Positions 50,501-61,159 of a DNA stretch of 64,000 nucleotides are shown piece after piece. Position 1 is the first letter of the stretch. Every line of letters begins with the position of its first letter. The notes beneath the pieces were generated by a model. The model did no database searches, was not told the origin of the DNA, and was given only the letters and a program-made list of their open reading frames with translations. Location of the stretch: assembly GCA_964202905.1 (NCBI GenBank), contig CAXNJO010000003.1, positions 672,001 to 736,000 on the forward strand, given 5' to 3'. Source of the DNA: Polyangiales bacterium. Lineage in GTDB: Bacteria > Myxococcota_A > Polyangia > Polyangiales > JADJQN01. The position numbers were made by a program, and so were the translations under genes.

Positions 50501-51559
50501 TCACCGCAGGATCGTTGCGGCTCCGAGCGTTCGGCGCGCGTCGAGGAGGCGCGCGACACAGGCGAGCGCGACCTCGTCCACGGGCGGCAGCGCGGACGCG
50601 AGGTCGACGCACGCGAAGCCGCCCTCGCCGGCGCGACGCGCGAAGCTGCGCACGACCTCGGCGTCGAGCGCGTCGAGGCGCGACGCGACACCGACGCCCG
50701 CCTGCGCGACGAGCGCGGCGTTGAGCGCCTGCTCGTGATGGCGTCCCGTGTGCAGCGCCAGCATCGGGCGACGCGCGAGCACGCACTCGGCGAGCACGTT
50801 GCTGCCCGCCGTCGCGACGACGCCCGCAGCGCGCGCGAGGTGCGCCGCGAAGCGCGCACGCGACACCGGCTCGACGCGCACGCGGCCGCGCGGCGCGAGG
50901 CCTTCGCCGAACACCACGACGTCGACGTCGGCCGCAGCGAGACGATCGAGCGTCGCACCGCGATCCCCGTCCGACAGATAAGCCAATAGATACGGGCATG
51001 TAGGCGCCTCGATGCCGCTCGTCTCGACACGCTCCGGGGGGCGCGGGCGCGCAACGAGCGTACCCGGTCGTGCGGGCGCGATCGGGAGGAAGTGCACGGC
51101 GATGCGCGCATCGCTGAGGCGCGTCGGGACGAGTGAATTCGCGCGCTCACGGGCGAGGCTCAGGGCGGGCAGGCCGGGGGGCAGCGCGCACGCGGAGAAG
51201 ACGAGGTCGTGTCCGATCGCGAGCGAGCGCACCCCCGCCATGCGCGCAGCGAGCAGCAGCGCCTGGTCGCCGTCGCTGATCACGAGCGCGGGGCGCGCCT
51301 TCCGCAGCCGCCGGAAGTCGGCCTGTGCGCGCCCGAGCAGCGTAGGGATGGCGTCCGGCCCGGGGAGGATCGGCGTGCGCGGTGTGAGCGTGACGGCGTC
51401 GCGCGAGGCGTCGACGAGCTCGGTGAGCAGCGAGAGTCCATCGCCGCCGGCGAACAGCGCAACGCGATGCCCCGCCCCGACGAGCCGCGCGACGACCGCG
51501 CGCGCACGGCTCGCGTGGCCGCGCCCGTGGCCGTGCACGGCGTAGACGATCGACGCCAC
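50501..51559 (-). CDS. GT-B glycosyltransferase (MJ1255/GT28-like)
   Basis: YAVHGHGRGHASR, TAGSN, HEQALNA. Confidence 0.78.
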   Translation of the reverse strand: MASIVYAVHGHGRGHASRARAVVARLVGAGHRVALFAGGDGLSLLTELVDASRDAVTLTPRTPILPGPDAIPTLLGRAQADFRRLRKARPALVISDGDQALLLAARMAGVRSLAIGHDLVFSACALPPGLPALSLARERANSLVPTRLSDARIAVHFLPIAPARPGTLVARPRPPERVETSGIEAPTCPYLLAYLSDGDRGATLDRLAAADVDVVVFGEGLAPRGRVRVEPVSRARFAAHLARAAGVVATAGSNVLAECVLARRPMLALHTGRHHEQALNAALVAQAGVGVASRLDALDAEVVRSFARRAGEGGFACVDLASALPPVDEVALACVARLLDARRTLGAATILR

Positions 51560-51570
51560 CGCAGGGCCGC

Positions 51571-52320
51571 TCAGGGCAGGCCCCAGCGCGCGTCGTTCTT
51601 GCGCAGCTGGTACTTCGTCAGGTGAAAGCGCGCGTCGTTGAGGAACTTCAGGAACGGCCGCTGCGTGCGCATCGTCGGATGCCACTGGTGCAGCATGCTC
51701 GTGCGCTCCTCGATCCAGATCGGCTGCAAGCCGTAGCGCAGGGAGCGGCGCGTCATGTCGCCGTCCTCGGCGCCCCAGAAGACGAACTTCTCGTCGTAGC
51801 CGCGGACCTCGTGGAAGAAGCTGCGGCGCGCCATCTGGCACGCGCCCGTGCCGAGCCGCGGGCGGAACGCCGCGCGCGCGAGGAGCTGCGGATAATCCGC
51901 GAGCTCCCAGCGCTGCTCGGGCACGTCCTCGGGGAGATCACGGCACTTGCAGAGCACCATCGCGCGGCCGCCTGCGTCGGTCTGCGCCGCGAGGAGCGTG
52001 GAGACGAAGTTCGCCGCGAAGATCATGTCGGCGTCGGTGCAGAACACGTATTCGCCGCGCGCCGCGCGGATGCCGAGGTTGAGCGCGCGCGAGCGGTTCC
52101 AGATCGCGCGCGTGGGCGTGTGCACGACGCGGGCGTCGACCTCGGCGGCGAGCGCGCGCAGCGCCTCGAGGGGCTGCGGATCGCTGCCGAAATCGCTCAG
52201 CATGACCTCGAAGCTGCCGGGCGGCGCGTCCTGCCGGCGCAGCGAGCGCAGGCAGTTGCCGACGCGATCGCCGCCGCGATTGCGAATGGGGATGACGACG
52301 CTGATCGTGGGCTCGGACAT
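51571..52320 (-). CDS. Glycosyltransferase family 2
   Basis: SVVIPIRN, DFGS, RSRALNLG, TDAD, GYDE..WGAED, HQWH. Confidence 0.9.
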   Translation of the reverse strand: MSEPTISVVIPIRNRGGDRVGNCLRSLRRQDAPPGSFEVMLSDFGSDPQPLEALRALAAEVDARVVHTPTRAIWNRSRALNLGIRAARGEYVFCTDADMIFAANFVSTLLAAQTDAGGRAMVLCKCRDLPEDVPEQRWELADYPQLLARAAFRPRLGTGACQMARRSFFHEVRGYDEKFVFWGAEDGDMTRRSLRYGLQPIWIEERTSMLHQWHPTMRTQRPFLKFLNDARFHLTKYQLRKNDARWGLP

Positions 52321-52440
52321 CGCGGCGCGGCGCAACCATGGCGTGCGCGCGCGGGGGCGGCAACGGCGTCGGCGCGGACGCGCGGACACCCTCGACGCGG
52401 CGCAGGGCGCGGGCCACGGTAGCGACCTCTGGAGGGCCGC

Positions 52441-53601
52441 GTGGCATCGTTTCTCCCCTACGGACGCCAGCTCATCGAGGACGACGACGTCGCGGCGGTC
52501 GCAGCCGCGCTGCGCTCGGATTTCCTCACGACGGGCCCCGCGATCGACGCCTTCGAACAGAAGCTCTGCGAGGCGGTCGGCGCGACGTACGCCGTCGCCG
52601 TCGCGAACGGCACCGCGGCCCTGCACGCCGCGTGCTTCGCAGCCGGGCTCGGCGACGGCGACGAGGCGCTGGTGCCTGCCGTCACCTTCCTCGCGACGGC
52701 GAACGCCGTGCGCTACTGCGGCGCGGAGCCCCGCTTCGTCGACGTCGACCCGCGCTGCGGGCTCTCCCGCCCCGCGCACTTCGAGGCCGCGCTCACGCCG
52801 CGCACGCGCGCGCTGCTGCCGGTGCACCTCACCGGTCGTCCCGTGGAGTTGCGGGCGATCCGCGCGCTCGCCCGCACGCGCGACCTCGTCGTCATCGAGG
52901 ACGCCGCGCACGCGCTCGGCGCGCGCTACGAGGGCGCGCCGATCGGGGCGGGCGTGCACTCGGACATGGCGATCTTCTCGTTCCACCCCGTCAAGCACAT
53001 CACGACGGCCGAGGGCGGCGCGATCACGACGAACGACGCGACGCTCGCGAAGAAGCTGCGCAGCTTCCGCTCGCACGGGATGGTGCGCGAGGCCGCCGAC
53101 CTCGTGAACACGAAGGACGGCCCCTGGTACTACGAGCAGCAGGAGCTCGGCTTCAACTACCGCCTCACCGACGTGCAGGCCGCGCTCGGTTCGAGCCAGC
53201 TCGGCAAGCTCGGCCGCTTCGTCGAGAGACGCCGCGCGATCGCCGCGCGCTACGACGCGGGGCTCGCCGGCGCGCGCAACGTGCGGCCCATCGGCGCGGG
53301 CAGCCCCGGCGCGGAGAGCGCGTATCACCTCTACGCCGTGCTCTTCGACTTCGACGCGATCGGGCAGACGCGCGCCGAGCTCGTCGCGGCGCTCCACGCG
53401 CGCGGCGTCGGCACGCAGGTGCACTACATCCCCGTGCCGCAGCAGCCGTATTACGCGGCGCGCGGCCATCGGGTGAGCGACTTCCCCGGGGCGCAGCGCT
53501 ACTACGCGCAGACGCTGTCGTTGCCGATGTATCCCGCGCTCACCGACGACGACGTCGACCGCGTGATCGCGGCGGTGCGCGAGCTCGCCGATCCCCGATG
53601 A
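52441..53601 (+). CDS. pseC: UDP-4-amino-4,6-dideoxy-N-acetyl-altrosamine transaminase
   Basis: PYGRQ, NGTAALH, EDAAH, SFHPVKHITTAEGG, LGFNYRL, QVHYIP. Confidence 0.88.
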   Translation: MASFLPYGRQLIEDDDVAAVAAALRSDFLTTGPAIDAFEQKLCEAVGATYAVAVANGTAALHAACFAAGLGDGDEALVPAVTFLATANAVRYCGAEPRFVDVDPRCGLSRPAHFEAALTPRTRALLPVHLTGRPVELRAIRALARTRDLVVIEDAAHALGARYEGAPIGAGVHSDMAIFSFHPVKHITTAEGGAITTNDATLAKKLRSFRSHGMVREAADLVNTKDGPWYYEQQELGFNYRLTDVQAALGSSQLGKLGRFVERRRAIAARYDAGLAGARNVRPIGAGSPGAESAYHLYAVLFDFDAIGQTRAELVAALHARGVGTQVHYIPVPQQPYYAARGHRVSDFPGAQRYYAQTLSLPMYPALTDDDVDRVIAAVRELADPR

Positions 53602-54863
53602 GCGACGCCGCGCCCGTCCGCGCCCGCCTCGCGTGGGAGCACACGCACCGCGAGCTCCTGCCCTCGCTGCTCACGCTCCGCGCGCTCGAGGCGCGCGGTG
53701 TTCCCTGGCAGCTCCAGCACGTGCGCAAGCTCGATCGGCAGCCGGGCCGCGAGGTGCTGCTCCTGCCCTTCTACTACGACCCGAGCGACGTCGATCGCTA
53801 CCTCTTCCGCACGGGCGTCGCGGGGAAGGTGCTGCTCAACATGCTCTACGAGCAGATGCACTTCGCGTGTGCGCGGCGCTACCTGCTGCCCGATGGCGCG
53901 CTCGCGCACGCGCACATGACGCACTGCGCGTGGGGCCCTCGCTTCGTCGAGCTGCTCGTCGCGCACGGCGTCGCGCCCGAGCGCATCCGCATCACCGGGC
54001 ACCCGCGCTTCGACGTGTACGCGCACCCGGAGCTGTTGCTGTCGCGCGAGACGATGGCCGCGACGTACGGCCTCGACGCGGGCAAGCCGTGGATCCTCGT
54101 GCCCTACAACTTCAACCTCGCGTACATCCGCGACGATCTGCGGTCCTCGCTCATCGCGCGCGGCTACGCGCTCACGCAGCCCTTCATCGACGGCGTGCGG
54201 GACGCGCGCGACGCTTTCACCGCGATGGTGCGCACGCTCGCCGCCGCGGTGCCCGGCGCGGAGCTGATCCTGCGCGTGCACCCCGCGGGCTACGAGGCCG
54301 CGTCGCTCTACGCGGGTGACGCCAAGCGCTTCGAGAACCTGCACGTGATCGCGCAGTACGACATCGCGAACTGGATCCGGCAGAGCGCGCTCACGATCGT
54401 GTGGAACAGCACCTCCGCGATGGAGTGCATGGTCGCGGGCACGCCCGTGATCGGCTTCGAGCCGGAGCCCTTCGGCGAGCGCTTCGACTACGACGTGAAC
54501 CGCATTTTGCCCACGTATCGCACCGTCGACGAGGTCATCGACCTCGCGCGGCGCGCGCCGGACATCACGCTCCGCTACGACTGGGCGCTCTTCGAGCGGT
54601 GGTACGCGCACCGCGACGGACGCAACGCCGAGCGGCTCGCGGACGTCGTGACCGAGCTCGCCGCGCAGTACGACGCGCACGCCGCCCCCACGGGTTTCGA
54701 GCCGCCGCTGCGGGGCCGTGTGCGCGCGGCGCTCGAGCGCACGCCGGTGGCCGAGAGGCTCGTTCGTTCCAAGCGCCACGTCCCGCCGCAGCCCGGCCCG
54801 GAGGCGGTCCGCGAGGCCGTCCGGCGTGGCTCCACGGAGCCGCTGCTGGGCTGGCTGAAGTGA
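53598..54863 (+). CDS. Surface carbohydrate biosynthesis protein, putative nonulosonate transferase
   Basis: CAWG, TGHPRFD, RVHP, NSTSAME; ATGA-coupled to pseC. Confidence 0.6.
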   Translation: MSDAAPVRARLAWEHTHRELLPSLLTLRALEARGVPWQLQHVRKLDRQPGREVLLLPFYYDPSDVDRYLFRTGVAGKVLLNMLYEQMHFACARRYLLPDGALAHAHMTHCAWGPRFVELLVAHGVAPERIRITGHPRFDVYAHPELLLSRETMAATYGLDAGKPWILVPYNFNLAYIRDDLRSSLIARGYALTQPFIDGVRDARDAFTAMVRTLAAAVPGAELILRVHPAGYEAASLYAGDAKRFENLHVIAQYDIANWIRQSALTIVWNSTSAMECMVAGTPVIGFEPEPFGERFDYDVNRILPTYRTVDEVIDLARRAPDITLRYDWALFERWYAHRDGRNAERLADVVTELAAQYDAHAAPTGFEPPLRGRVRAALERTPVAERLVRSKRHVPPQPGPEAVREAVRRGSTEPLLGWLK

Positions 54864-56233
54864 GCGCCGCAGCGCCGCGCTTCCCGGCGCTCCGCGCCCT
54901 GCGCGACAAGCTGCGCGGCGATCGCTCGTCCTTCTGGGTCTACCTGCTCGCGCAGATCGTGCCGGCGCTCGCGAGCGTCTACACGATCCGCGTGCTCGTC
55001 GCGCTCATGACGCGCGAGGAGTACGGCGAGTGGGGCTATCTCGGCACCGTCGCGCGGATGATCGTGCCCGTCGCGAGCCTCTCGCTGCCGGCCGCGATGA
55101 TGCGCACGTACTTCGATCACCCGCGCGACGACCACCGCGCGCACGCGTCGCTCGCGACCACGGTGCTGCTCCTCGTCGCGGGCGGGGCGGCGCTCGTCGC
55201 GCTCGGGGCGGGGGCCGCGTGGCTCGTCGGGATCTCGACGGCGAGCGCCGCGCTCTACCTCGGGACGATGGGCCCGGGGCTCATGCTCGCCGGCTTCTTC
55301 GAGTACCTCGCGCGCGCCCGCAACGACTACGCCCTCTACCTGCTCGGCCGCCTCGCGAACAGCCTCGGATTCCTCGCGGTCGCGGCCGTGCTCGAGCGCA
55401 CGCTCTCTGGTCTCCCGGCGCCGGAGCGCGGCGCGCTCGTGAACGCGACGGTCGCCGCCGCGGGGTGCGCGTGGGTCGCGGTCGTCGTGAGCGCCTCGTT
55501 CTACGTGCGACGCCGGCTGCTCACCCGCACGGTGCCACGCCTCGACGGCGCCGCCGTGCGTGCGCTCGTGCGCTTCTCCGCGCCCATCTCGGGGACATTC
55601 TTCCTCGGCTGGGTGCTCACGTCGTTCGCCGTGTGGGCGCTGCGCCACCGCAGCACGCCGGCCGAGGTCGCGGACTTCGTGTTCGCGCTCGGGATCGTCG
55701 GCGTCGTCTCGCTCGTGACGCAGTCCGCGCTCACCGACTGGCCGCGCTTCTACTACGCGGAGATGCGCGACGCGCGCCCCGACCGCGACGCACGCATCGC
55801 CCGAAAGATGCGTGCTTTCTTATGGATGCACGTCGGCGCGTTGGTCGTGCTGCGCCTCGTCGCGCGCTTCGGCTACGAGCTGCTCGGGGCCGAGGCGTAC
55901 GCAGGCGGCCTCGCGTACGTGCCGTGGCTCGCGCTCGGCAACTTCTTCTTCCTCGCGGGGAACATGCTCGCCGCGGGCCTCGGGCAGGCCAAGCGCACGG
56001 GCCTCGCCGCGCTCACCTTCGCGGTCCCGTCGGCCATCACCGTCGCCCTGCAGCTCGCGCTCGTGCCGCGCTTCGGCGCCCGCGCGGCCGCGCTCGTGAG
56101 CGTCGGGGGCTATGCGATGTTCGCGCTCTCCTCGTACCTGCTCGGGCGCCGCTTCTACGCCTTCGCGGAGCTGCGCCGCGCGCTCGTGCCGATGTCGGTC
56201 GCCTGCGCGGTGACGCTCGCGCCGCTCGGCTGA
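54860..56233 (+). CDS. Polysaccharide flippase (Wzx/MOP-like)
   Basis: About 12 TMs; TREEYGEW, LVPRFGARAAA. Confidence 0.78.
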   Translation: MSAAAPRFPALRALRDKLRGDRSSFWVYLLAQIVPALASVYTIRVLVALMTREEYGEWGYLGTVARMIVPVASLSLPAAMMRTYFDHPRDDHRAHASLATTVLLLVAGGAALVALGAGAAWLVGISTASAALYLGTMGPGLMLAGFFEYLARARNDYALYLLGRLANSLGFLAVAAVLERTLSGLPAPERGALVNATVAAAGCAWVAVVVSASFYVRRRLLTRTVPRLDGAAVRALVRFSAPISGTFFLGWVLTSFAVWALRHRSTPAEVADFVFALGIVGVVSLVTQSALTDWPRFYYAEMRDARPDRDARIARKMRAFLWMHVGALVVLRLVARFGYELLGAEAYAGGLAYVPWLALGNFFFLAGNMLAAGLGQAKRTGLAALTFAVPSAITVALQLALVPRFGARAAALVSVGGYAMFALSSYLLGRRFYAFAELRRALVPMSVACAVTLAPLG

Positions 56234-56319
56234 CGCCGCCGGGCGCCCCGCGCAGCCCGGACGCGCCCTCCCCGCACGCTGGCCCGCCCGCGCGGCCCGT
56301 GGCAGAACCGCGGCGCGCC

Positions 56320-57341
56320 ATGACGCTCACGAACTCAAGCCGCTCTTCGACGCCCCGCCCGACCTCGACGGCAAGGTCATCCTCGTCACCGGCGGGACGG
56401 GCTCGTTCGGGCAGGCGTTCGTACGGCGGCTGCTCTCGGCGCACAAGCCCGCGAAGGTCATCGTCTTCTCGCGCGACGAGCAGAAGCACGTCGTGATGGA
56501 GCAGAAGCTGCGCGACCCGCGCGTGCGCTACTTCGTGGGCGATGTGCGCGACCGCGAGCGCCTGATGCGCGCCTTCGACGGCGTCGACATCGTCGTGCAC
56601 GCGGCGGCGATGAAGCACGTGCACGTCGCCGAGTACAACCCGATCGAGGCGATCCGCACGAACGTCGACGGCGCGGCGAACGTCATCGACGCCGCGCTCG
56701 AGCGGCGCGTGTCGCGCGTGATCGCGCTCTCGACGGACAAGGCCGCGTCGCCCGTGAACCTCTACGGCGCGACCAAGCTCTGCATGGAGAAGCTCTTCGT
56801 CGCGGCGAACTCGTACGCGGGCGGGCGCAAGACGCGCTTCGATCTCGTGCGCTACGGCAACGTCGTCGGCAGCAACGGCAGCGTGGTCCCGCTCTTCCTC
56901 GAGCAGCGCAAGACGGGGAAGCTGACGATCACCGACGCGTCGATGACGCGCTTCTGGATCGGGATGGACCGCGCGGTCGACCTCGTGCTCCTCGCGCTGA
57001 AGGAGGGGCTCGGCGGCGAGACCTTCATCCCGCGCATTCCGGCGTGCACGGTCGAGGTGCTCGCCGAGGCGCTCGCGCCGGGCAAGCCGCGCGAGATCAT
57101 CGGCATCCGCCCCGGCGAGAAGCTGCACGAGACGCTCATCACGCCGGACGAGTCGCGCTCCGTCGTCGAGTACGACCAGTACTACGTGATCAAGCCGAGC
57201 TTCCCCTCCTGGGGCGGACCGGTGCGCACGCACGGGGCGCCCGTCACGCCGGGCTTCTCCTTCTCGAGCGGCGGCGCCTACGCCCTCAGCGTCGACGAGA
57301 CGCGCGCGCTGCTCGAGCAGCTCGGCTTCGCGATCGGCTGA
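56320..57341 (+). CDS. pseB: UDP-GlcNAc 4,6-dehydratase/5-epimerase (frameshift ~56329)
   Basis: TGGTGSFG, SRDEQK, GDVRD, AEYNP, LSTDKA, YGATK, RYGNV, RPGEKLHE; ATG 56320 is one base out of frame. Confidence 0.9.
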
Positions 57342-57439
57342 GTCGCACGCGGCCAGCGCGAAGAGCGCGAAACCCTTGTTTCGTCGGGAGACGCGCCTCT
57401 TGACGCAGCGCGTCAAAGCGCATCCCTTCGACGCCTGAT

Positions 57440-57914
57440 TCAGAGCGCGCGCTCGAAATGCAGCGCGGGGGCGCCCTCGATCGTGGCCTCCGCGACGCGC
57501 GCGTAGCCCGTCGCGACGAAGGCCCTCGCGCTCGCGACGTTGGTCGCCTTCACGAACGCGCGCAGCTGCGTGAAGCCGTGTGCGCGCGCCTCGTCTGCGA
57601 GCGCCTCGAGCAGCGCGCGACCGACGCCGCGACCGCGCGCTTCGGGGGCGATGTTCAGGCTGACGACGGCGACGCGCGCATCCTCCGCGTCGCGATCGAG
57701 CCGCGCGGTGCCGACGGCCGAGCCGCCCTGCTGGGCGACGTAGAGGCGGCGGCGCGGATCGGCCAGCGCGGTCGGTGAGCCAGGCGATGTGCGTCTCCCA
57801 CGCGATCGGCGCGTTTCGGAAGGAGACGGCGCGCGCGACGGGGTCGTTGGCCCACGCGAACAAGCGCTCGGCGTCGTCGAGATGCGCGGGTCGGAGCACG
57901 ACCGACACGCTCAC
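57440..57914 (-). CDS. pseH: GNAT N-acetyltransferase, PseH-like (frameshift ~57770)
   Basis: WANDPVARAVSF..I.WETHIAW, then VGTARLD, ARGRGVG, NVASARAF. Confidence 0.75.
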
Positions 57915-58969
57915 GCGAGGCCTTCGACGTCTTCGACCGCGAGCAGCGCCTCGGCCTCGAGATCACGCGCCGCGGGTTTGCCGAGCACGTCGTCGAGGCG
58001 CTCGGGGGGCAGGCCATCGCCGCGCTTGCCGCGCCGGAGCACGTCGAGGTTCTCGCGCGTGAGCGGCTCGCCCTTCTTCACGGGGCGCGTCGTGAAGAGC
58101 GCGCGCCGCGCGAACTGGCGCAGCTCGTCCTCGACGGGTTGCACGATCTTCTCGCCGGTGCCGAGGGACTGCTCGATCGCGCGCACGCCGCGCACGAGCT
58201 CGGCGAGCCCGGCGGGCTCGATCGCGAAGGCGTGATCGGGGCCCGGCAGGCGACGGCTGAGCGTGTAGTGCTTCTCGATGACGGAGGCGCCGAGCGCGGC
58301 CGCGGCCATCGGCGCGATCGCGGGCTCGCTCGAGTGGTCGGAGAGCCCCGTCGGCACGCCGAGCGCGTCGCGGATGGTCACGAGCGCGCGCACGTTGATG
58401 GACGCGAGCGGCGAAGGGTACGAGGCCGTGCACTGCAGGACGACGAGCGAGCGGCAGCCCGCGTCGCGCACGGCGGCGACGGCGCGCTCGACCTCAGCGA
58501 GCGTCGAGGCGCCCGTCGACATGATCACGGGCTTGCCGGTGCGCGCGACCTCGCGCAGCAGCGGGACGTGCGTCATCTCGTAGGAGGCGATCTTGAAGGC
58601 GTCGACGTAGGGATCGAGGAGCGCGACGGCCTCCTCGTGGAAGGGGCTCGAGAGAAACGCGAGGCCGAGCCGGTGCGCGCGCTCGGAGAGCCCCGGCCAC
58701 CACTCGCTGGGCGTCTCGAGGGACGCGATGATGTCGTAGATCGAGCGCGCGTCGCCGAGGTAGTCGCTCGTGCCCGCGGAGCGCGGGTAGAGGCGCTTGG
58801 CGCTGAAGGTCTGGAACTTCACCGCGCAGGCGCCGGCCTCGGCCGCCGCATCGATGAGCGCGTGCGCCTGCTCGAGGCTGCCGTTGTGGTTGGAGCCGGC
58901 CTCCGCGATGAGGAAGCAGGGCGCCCCCGCGCCGACGGGCTTGCCGAAGATCTCGAATCGCTGGTTCAT
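57911..58969 (-). CDS. pseI: Pseudaminic acid synthase (NeuB family)
   Basis: IAEAGSNHNG, KFQT, KIASYE, STG, QCTASYP, SDH, EKH, C-terminal SAF domain. Confidence 0.85.
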   Translation of the reverse strand: MNQRFEIFGKPVGAGAPCFLIAEAGSNHNGSLEQAHALIDAAAEAGACAVKFQTFSAKRLYPRSAGTSDYLGDARSIYDIIASLETPSEWWPGLSERAHRLGLAFLSSPFHEEAVALLDPYVDAFKIASYEMTHVPLLREVARTGKPVIMSTGASTLAEVERAVAAVRDAGCRSLVVLQCTASYPSPLASINVRALVTIRDALGVPTGLSDHSSEPAIAPMAAAALGASVIEKHYTLSRRLPGPDHAFAIEPAGLAELVRGVRAIEQSLGTGEKIVQPVEDELRQFARRALFTTRPVKKGEPLTRENLDVLRRGKRGDGLPPERLDDVLGKPAARDLEAEALLAVEDVEGLA

Positions 58970-60834
58970 CCGCCGTCCTCCGCTGCGTGCTTCTGCCCCT
59001 GCGCGCGCCGCGCGATCGCGTCGGCGAGCGCGTCGATCACGCGTAGCACGCCACGCCCGTCGACGAGCCCGCGCGCGGTCCTCGCCATGGCGGCGAGGCG
59101 CGGCGCGTCGTCCCAGAGCGCGAGCGCCTGCGCGACGAGCGCGGCGGGCGTGGTGTCCGCGGCATCGCCTGCATCGACGCCCGCGCCCGACGACGCGAGC
59201 CCCGCGCACACGACGCGCTGGTTCGGCGCGACGGACACGCACACGCTCGGCACGCCCGAGCGCGCGAGCTCCCACACCGTGCTCCCCGCGGCGACGAGCG
59301 CGAGGCGCGCACGCAGGAAGAGCGGCACCACATCGCGCACATCCTCGTGCACGCGCAGCGGCGCGCCGCCCGCGGCGAGCGCATGCAGCGCAGCGACCGC
59401 AGCGCGCGGCACGCCCGCGCCACACAGCACGTCCACCTCGGGCGACTCGGCGTTCGCACCGCGCCCGGCGAGCGCGGCGAGGAGCGCCTCCGCGACGGGC
59501 AGCGTGAGCCCCGCGGGATCGCTGCCGCCGAACGACAGCAGCAGCGACGGACGCGGCCCCTCGGGCAGCGCCGCGCGCAGCTCCGCGCGCAAAACGACGA
59601 AGGGCGCGCCGACGAGCAGCCGCGTGCCGGGCGCGACGTCCGTATAGCGCGACGCGTCGAAGCCCACGTTCTGGTTGAGCACCAGGTCCGCGCGCTGCGC
59701 CTGCGCGGCCTCGTCGTCGAGCGCGAGGAGCGGCGCGAGCGCGCGGAGCCGCGCGTGATCGACCGGGCCGAGCGCGTAATCGTCGACGACGAGGGCCGCG
59801 GCGCCCGCCGTGCGCGCCGTCTCCTCGAGCACGTCGAGCGCGCCGGGCTCCGCCGCGACGAACGCGATGTTTGCCGCCGCGAGTCGCTCGGCGGCGGCGC
59901 CCGTCACACCGCTGCCGACGAGCCGCGCGCGGCCGCCGAGCTCCGTCCACGCCGCGAGGATCGCGCCGACCCGCGCCACGTGCCCCGCCCCGAGCTGCGG
60001 CGTCGCGTGCGCCCAGCCGACGAGCAGCGTCCCGCGCACACGGCCGGCGCGCCGGGCGTGCTCATCGTCGATGCCCTTCTGCACGACGCCCGCGTTTTTC
60101 GCGGCGATCTCGGGGTGCGCGTCGAGAAAATCCGCGACGGCGTCGGTCGTCGCGTCGTCCCCGAGCGCGCGGAACACCGCGTCGACGACCTCGAGATCGT
60201 CCGGGGTGTCCACGGTCAGGCGCAGGTGATCGCGCGCAGGGCCCTCGGGATCCGTGACGCGCGTGCGCAGCCGCCCCGGTACGCGATAGAGCCACGGCGT
60301 GACGTGCTCGCGATCGCCGGGCTCGGTCGCCTCCGCCTGCGCGCGCACGAGCGCCGCCCGCGAGAAGACCTCGACGTCGAGGCCGCGCGGGATGCGCCGC
60401 ACGAGGCCCGCCTGGTTCGTCACGTAGTCGAGCGGCGCGCCCGCGGCGGCGGCGTCGCGGAACACGGCGACGACGCGCTCGAGCTCGCCCGGATCGAGCA
60501 GCGGGCAATCGGCGGTGACGCGCACGAGCACGTCGCTCTCGAGCTGCGCGAGCGCGCCCGCGAAGCGCGCGAGCACGTCGTCGACGGGCCCGCGGTGCAC
60601 GCGCGCACCGAGCCGCGCGGCCTCGTCGGCGAGCGCGTCGTCGGAGGGCTCGACCGTCGTCGCGACGAGCACCTCACGCACCGAAGGCGCACGCCGCACA
60701 CGCCGCAGCACGTGCGCGAGGACGCTCGTGCCCGCACGGCCCGCGACGCGCAGCACCTTCCCCGGGAGCCGCGACGAGCCCATCCGGGCCTGCACGATGA
60801 CCGCGACCCCGGGCTCGCTCGGCGTGCTCGACAC
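58966..60834 (-). CDS. Fused SpsF/PseF-type cytidylyltransferase + PseG-type UDP-sugar hydrolase
   Basis: N-half QARMGSSRLPGKVL, RVTADCP, REHVT, RLTVDT; C-half GAGHVAR, DDY, SFGGSD, AAGSTVWE, NQ, DGRG. Confidence 0.85.
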   Translation of the reverse strand: MSSTPSEPGVAVIVQARMGSSRLPGKVLRVAGRAGTSVLAHVLRRVRRAPSVREVLVATTVEPSDDALADEAARLGARVHRGPVDDVLARFAGALAQLESDVLVRVTADCPLLDPGELERVVAVFRDAAAAGAPLDYVTNQAGLVRRIPRGLDVEVFSRAALVRAQAEATEPGDREHVTPWLYRVPGRLRTRVTDPEGPARDHLRLTVDTPDDLEVVDAVFRALGDDATTDAVADFLDAHPEIAAKNAGVVQKGIDDEHARRAGRVRGTLLVGWAHATPQLGAGHVARVGAILAAWTELGGRARLVGSGVTGAAAERLAAANIAFVAAEPGALDVLEETARTAGAAALVVDDYALGPVDHARLRALAPLLALDDEAAQAQRADLVLNQNVGFDASRYTDVAPGTRLLVGAPFVVLRAELRAALPEGPRPSLLLSFGGSDPAGLTLPVAEALLAALAGRGANAESPEVDVLCGAGVPRAAVAALHALAAGGAPLRVHEDVRDVVPLFLRARLALVAAGSTVWELARSGVPSVCVSVAPNQRVVCAGLASSGAGVDAGDAADTTPAALVAQALALWDDAPRLAAMARTARGLVDGRGVLRVIDALADAIARRAQGQKHAAEDGG

Positions 60835-61159
60835 GCGCGCAGGGGTAGCACGCGCGCGCCGGAATCTTCGCCCCCGCGGACGCGTGGCGTAGGTTCGCGG
60901 GAAGTGGGCGCAGGTGTGAATCCTGCGCACACCCCCCGGCCTCTCACCGTATCCGGACTGCCACAGTTCGCCGTGCCGCGGCCCCGGCGGGCGCGACGCG
61001 TGGACCTGCGCCCACGCCGCGCTGCGTCGAGAGCGCGCGCACGAAGACCTTTTTCTTCAACAAAATCAGTCACTTCTGCGTCCTGATAGCGCGCCCCTCC
61101 CTCGCACCGCGCGGCCCTCCCCCGCCGCTGGCACTCCCTGTGCTCCCGAGGCCCCCGAC

